64,000 nt of DNA from an uncultured Spirochaetota bacterium (GTDB taxonomy: Bacteria > Spirochaetota > Brevinematia > Brevinematales > JAOACQ01), in NCBI GenBank assembly GCA_963768055.1, contig CAVYGN010000002.1, forward strand, positions 512,001 through 576,000, written 5' to 3'. The position numbers and the translations under genes were made by a program. Under the pieces are notes generated by a model. That model did no database searches. It had not been told where the DNA came from and saw only the letters and a list, made by a program, of their open reading frames with translations. Shown piece by piece: positions 59,936-64,000 of the stretch (within the stretch, counting starts at the first letter, position 1; each line of letters opens with the position of its first letter).

Positions 59936-60068
59936 ATATCACTCTCCTTAAAATACATTTCGATAATAAATGCCAACTGCAACTAAAGCTCATTTTAACT
60001 AAAAATTAATAAAAGTCAATAGATAAGGCAAATTTGAAATTGTTTTTGAATAGCGATTGAATGTGTTA

Positions 60069-60551
60069 TTATTCAACTCCGGCTTTTTTCAATATACCGA
60101 CTATGTCAGTAAACCCTTTTTCATTTGCATAAATTAAAGCCGTTTTTCTTTCCTTATTTTTAAGTTTTAAATCCGCTCCCGAGTAAACCAGGAGTTTTAC
60201 CGCTTCAGTCTGTCCTCTGGAGGCCGCCATCATCAGAGCGGTCTCCCCATAATTATTGTCCTGTGCATTTATATCGGCTTTAGCGCCGATCAGGAGCCTC
60301 ATTGCGTCAATCTGGCCGAAATAAGCCGCCAGCATTAAAGCCGTTACACCGTCCTTATTTTTCAAGTCGACATCGCATCCGGTTTTTATGTAGGAAGCAA
60401 TATAGGTTGTATCTCCGTTCACGGCTGCATCAAATATATTAACGCCGTATTTTTTTGAAGCCTTTGCATCCGGGCTGCAGCAGCTGAATAAGACAATTGA
60501 AATGAAAAATAAAACGATCATTACAACAGACCTTGATAAAGATTTCTTCAT
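60069..60551 (-). CDS. Ankyrin-repeat lipoprotein
   Basis: Lipobox LFSC; GVTALMLAA, GETALMMAA, KTALIYA. Confidence 0.9.
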   Translation of the reverse strand: MKKSLSRSVVMIVLFFISIVLFSCCSPDAKASKKYGVNIFDAAVNGDTTYIASYIKTGCDVDLKNKDGVTALMLAAYFGQIDAMRLLIGAKADINAQDNNYGETALMMAASRGQTEAVKLLVYSGADLKLKNKERKTALIYANEKGFTDIVGILKKAGVE

Positions 60552-60875
60552 AACCCTGGTCTTAATAAATTATTATAGAACGGTTCTTTTGAAACATTAT
60601 CGGATATTTTATCCGGATTTATAATAAAGGAATAGGTTGTCCATTTTTACAATATGAGAGGATCAGTGCCCGTCCTGCAATGGATTAAGGAGGGTTTATC
60701 CCTGTTAAGGGTAAGAATGCGGTAAAGTGGACACGTTTATAATGCCATGAAAAGAAAACCTGAAATTGCCATTGACATGGTTATTTTGCGATTTTATAAT
60801 AAGAGAATCTATCAAAATAGAGAATACTGCGAGTCATTTGGGAAATATCGGTTAAATCATTATGGGGGTAATTAA

Positions 60876-61802
60876 ATGAAATTTATTTCTTTAATAGTTT
60901 TCATCGTTGTGCAAATTATTTTTATTCCCCTATTTATTATTGGAGGAATTCTCGCTACCATCAACCAATTGCTTGTAAGTAAAAAGTTAGGTGTTTCAGG
61001 CACAGCTATTTCTGCAATCGCTGCAAGGTGGCTCTTGAATGCATATGGCATTAGAAAAGATCCGGCAGCGGCAAAACTATATCGTTCTCTTCCGAACGGT
61101 TCTGAAATGGGATTGTGGCTGCTTCTTTTCCCCAGCTTTCTCCGTTACAAAATATATCCTGCGCAGGAAGAAGCGGGAAAGGAAAGCATCAGCAATGTTG
61201 CTGTTGCCAGGACGCTTTATTTTGATAAAATTATCGATAAATTAAAGAATAAGGTCGAGCAGTTTATCATCATTGGCGCCGGGTATGATACAAGATGCTA
61301 CGGCGATCTGAAAGATAATAATTTTCGGTTTTTCGAACTTGATCAAGTAAAGACACAGAAACTAAAAATAGAATGCTTAAAAAAGGCTGGCATCGATGCA
61401 TCCCATGTTACTTTTATTGATGTGGATTTTTCTACAGAAAAGTGGTATGAGAAACTTGAAAAAGCAGGTTATGATCCGAGCAAAAAATCTATTTTTTTAT
61501 GGGAGGGTGTAACTATCTATCTGTCTGAAAATAATATTAGAAAGATGATAAAAGAGATACAAGGGCATGCCGCATCAGGCAGTGCACTGCTCGTCGATTT
61601 TTATTCAAAAAGATTGGTCGCATTACAAGGTGTAAAAGCTACCAATGAAAAATTTGGATTTGGTTTAGATTTTTCTGTAAACCATGAAAATGTTCTAAAA
61701 ACATTCTTAGAGAGTGAAAATTTAAATTTGGGTGATTTCTATTTTATTGGGCACAAAACAAAAAAAGGGGCCTATGGGGTAGTAACCGAAATCGTTTTAT
61801 AA
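60876..61802 (+). CDS. SAM-dependent methyltransferase (LCM/TcmP-like)
   Basis: RTLYFD, IGAGYDTR, FELD, WEGVTIYL. Confidence 0.88.
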   Translation: MKFISLIVFIVVQIIFIPLFIIGGILATINQLLVSKKLGVSGTAISAIAARWLLNAYGIRKDPAAAKLYRSLPNGSEMGLWLLLFPSFLRYKIYPAQEEAGKESISNVAVARTLYFDKIIDKLKNKVEQFIIIGAGYDTRCYGDLKDNNFRFFELDQVKTQKLKIECLKKAGIDASHVTFIDVDFSTEKWYEKLEKAGYDPSKKSIFLWEGVTIYLSENNIRKMIKEIQGHAASGSALLVDFYSKRLVALQGVKATNEKFGFGLDFSVNHENVLKTFLESENLNLGDFYFIGHKTKKGAYGVVTEIVL

Positions 61803-61865
61803 GTTATTCAGTCGATTGGCCGGAACCTTGTAATTCCTGATCAGAACTTTCATAACCAAATTTTA

Positions 61866-61952
61866 ATCTGCGGAAATCCTCGCCATAGGTTCTGTGGATA
61901 ATTTAATTCTGCGCCCCCCATTTCAAATGGTGGATCTGTGAAATCTGTGGTT
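61866..61952. repeat. ATCTG(T/C)G-type short intergenic repeats
   Basis: ATCTGCGG, TCTGTGG, TCTGCG, ATCTGTGAAATCTGTGG. Confidence 0.45.
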
Positions 61953-61970
61953 TAACCTGTAAATCTTAAA

Positions 61971-62954
61971 TTACCAAAGCTGGTGTACTGAAGGTTTTAT
62001 ATACTTTTCATATACTTTCAAGACTTCTTTCATCCGCGAGGGCGGAATGGCTTTCAAATCCGCAGCCCTTATATTCTCAAAAACCTGTTCGGGTTTTGAC
62101 GCCCCGGGTATTACGCAGGAAATTTCTTTAAACATGAGTATCCACCTGATCGCCCAGTTTGAGAGTTTACCTTGATTAAATATTTTTTTCAGTTCTTCGA
62201 CGGCCTGAAGGCCGGTTTCATAATCGACTCCTGAAAAAGTTTCACCCCTGTCAAAAGAAGCCCCTTCCCTGTTAAAATTCCTGTGATCCCCGGAACTGAA
62301 TACCGAATTTTTATTGAATTTCCCCGATAAAAGCCCGCTTGCAAGCGGCACTCTTGCCAGAATTCCTACATTTCTTTTCCCCGCTTCTTTAAAAAACAAT
62401 TCGGAAGGCCTGTGCCTGAACATGTTGAAAATTATCTGGACAGCAGTCACGTTAGGGTATTCTATAGCCTTCAGGGCTTCCTCGACCTTTTCAACGCTTA
62501 CTCCCAGATTTAATATCTTGCCCTGCTGTTTTAATTTATCGAACATTACAAAATATTCGGGACGATAATAAATTTCCGTCGGGGGGCAATGAAGCTGGAT
62601 AAGATCGATTGTATCCAACCCCATATTTTTAAGGCTGTCTTCAAGATGTTTTGTCAGTATTTCAGGACTGAAATTCTGAATGACATGGGGTGATATCCTT
62701 CTTCCGCATTTGGTTGCTATATATATCCTTTCCGTTCTTTTTTTTACAATCTTTGCCGCCGCAGCCTCGCTCTGCCCGTCGCTGTAAACATCCGCAGTAT
62801 CAATAAAATTGATCCCGCTATCGATAGCGGCATTGACTGTTTTTTCTGCGAGTTCGAAATTAAACCGTTCTCCCCACCTGCCGCCCAATTGCCATGTCCC
62901 TAGGGATATTTCAGAAACCCTGAACCCGGTCTTACCCAGCATACGAAATTTCAT
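61971..62954 (-). CDS. Aldo/keto reductase
   Basis: LGTWQLG, IDTADVY, IATK, DLIQLH, PLASGLL, IPGA. Confidence 0.93.
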   Translation of the reverse strand: MKFRMLGKTGFRVSEISLGTWQLGGRWGERFNFELAEKTVNAAIDSGINFIDTADVYSDGQSEAAAAKIVKKRTERIYIATKCGRRISPHVIQNFSPEILTKHLEDSLKNMGLDTIDLIQLHCPPTEIYYRPEYFVMFDKLKQQGKILNLGVSVEKVEEALKAIEYPNVTAVQIIFNMFRHRPSELFFKEAGKRNVGILARVPLASGLLSGKFNKNSVFSSGDHRNFNREGASFDRGETFSGVDYETGLQAVEELKKIFNQGKLSNWAIRWILMFKEISCVIPGASKPEQVFENIRAADLKAIPPSRMKEVLKVYEKYIKPSVHQLW

Positions 62955-62971
62955 AAGAAATACCTCCGGTT

Positions 62972-64000
62972 TTATTCCCTCAACTCTGCGCCGTACTTTT
63001 CTTTAAGCATAATAATAAGTTTTGCCATTATTCCGTTCACTTCCTCATCATTAAGAGTCCCCTCAGAACTCTGGAAAATTATAGAAAATGTAACGCTTTT
63101 TTTATTCTCCCCTATCTGAGGCCCTTTGAAAAGGTCGACAAATTTCACATTTCTTATCAATTCATTGAAGTTCTCTATTTCCAGCATCAGACCCCGCGAA
63201 AGTATTTCATCCTTTACAACAAGGGAAATATCACGGCCGTTTGGAGGAAATTTGCTTATTTCCTTTAAAGTAATTTCCCTGTTCAAAAATTCTTTTAATA
63301 TTGAAGTATCTATTTCGCATATAAAGGCTGGAAACCTCAATCCCAATTTATTGATGATATCCGGATGGACTTCCCCCGCAAATCCTATCGCTTTTCCATC
63401 GGCTAAGGCTTCAGACGAGTTTACAGGGTGGAGAAAAGGCAGTTTTACCTGCTTAAAATCAATCCTGTCTGCACCTGCTTTCAGCATTATATATTCCAAT
63501 ATGCCGGATGCTTTATAATAATCATAATTTTCGCCGAAAAGAACAAATCCCGCTTTTTTTGTTTCCGTATAATTATTTTTTTTCCTATGAAAAGTCCTTC
63601 CTATCTCATAAAAGCGGGCTTCCTCGACATAAGCACTTTTCGCATTATACTCCACGGTTTTAAGAAGCCCGGGGAAGATATAATTTCTCATTAAAGTCGC
63701 ATCGCCGGAGAGAGGGTTCTGCAGTTTCAGAAGATTGTCCTCTGTGCCCATAAATGAAGAAATTTCATTTTCATTTGTAAAACTGAAATTATACGCTTCG
63801 GTAAAACCCTGGCCCCGTAATATCTCCCTTAAAAAATTCTCTTCGTCCTTCCGGTTTATAAGCCCTTCTATATCGATCGGGGGCCTGAACATATTCTGCG
63901 GAATATTATTATATCCATGGATCCTTGCCGCTTCCTCCACGATATCGATAACCCTTGAGATATCAGAACGGTATGTAGGGACCTTTACTTCGAGAGCGTC
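62972..64000 (-). CDS. pheT: Phenylalanine-tRNA ligase beta subunit, 5' part outside window
   Basis: VPTYRSDI...DIVEEAARIHGY, NPLS, GEVHP, SKFP..RDIS, FDX-ACB ending GAELRE. Confidence 0.95.
   Translation of the reverse strand, partial: DALEVKVPTYRSDISRVIDIVEEAARIHGYNNIPQNMFRPPIDIEGLINRKDEENFLREILRGQGFTEAYNFSFTNENEISSFMGTEDNLLKLQNPLSGDATLMRNYIFPGLLKTVEYNAKSAYVEEARFYEIGRTFHRKKNNYTETKKAGFVLFGENYDYYKASGILEYIMLKAGADRIDFKQVKLPFLHPVNSSEALADGKAIGFAGEVHPDIINKLGLRFPAFICEIDTSILKEFLNREITLKEISKFPPNGRDISLVVKDEILSRGLMLEIENFNELIRNVKFVDLFKGPQIGENKKSVTFSIIFQSSEGTLNDEEVNGIMAKLIIMLKEKYGAELRE

Overview
64 kb of bacterial chromosome, most likely a free-living spirochaete. This is inferred from the flgN-flgK-flgL-fliW-csrA-bactofilin-STAS order, poly-Ser lipoproteins and HEAT-repeat/FecR exported proteins; hydF suggests an anaerobe. 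Mostly housekeeping genes (eno, lhr, lspA, thrC, lysC, tmk, dxr, purE, UDP-glucuronate decarboxylase, hydF, ygfA, pmbA, pheT). Highlights: (1) An AT-rich island (35998-40861) bounded by inverted GGATCACC/CGCAAAG-rich repeats. It carries a translationally coupled two-gene cassette: a dGTPase (broken by one nonsense codon and two A7 frameshifts) and a hidden 188-aa archaeo-eukaryotic-primase(AEP)-like gene, seen only after removing an IS21 element (37789-40321, AAAAGG target duplication). This is a candidate, now-inactivated, nucleotide-depletion anti-phage system. (2) A phosphate-starvation region where identically spaced 11-bp-periodic Pho-box-like arrays precede the porin-pstSCAB-phoU operon, sixA, and a PHP-glycosyltransferase/CBS-PP2C operon. 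(3) A 7TM-PAS-AraC sensor divergent from an outer-membrane protein and two recently duplicated beta-propeller lipoproteins. (4) Flagellar regulatory signals (perfect sigma28 promoter, canonical CsrA site), a 6S-like structured RNA candidate, an internal aspartokinase beta-subunit start, and several REP/MITE-like intergenic elements. No CRISPR array, rRNA or tRNA was seen.
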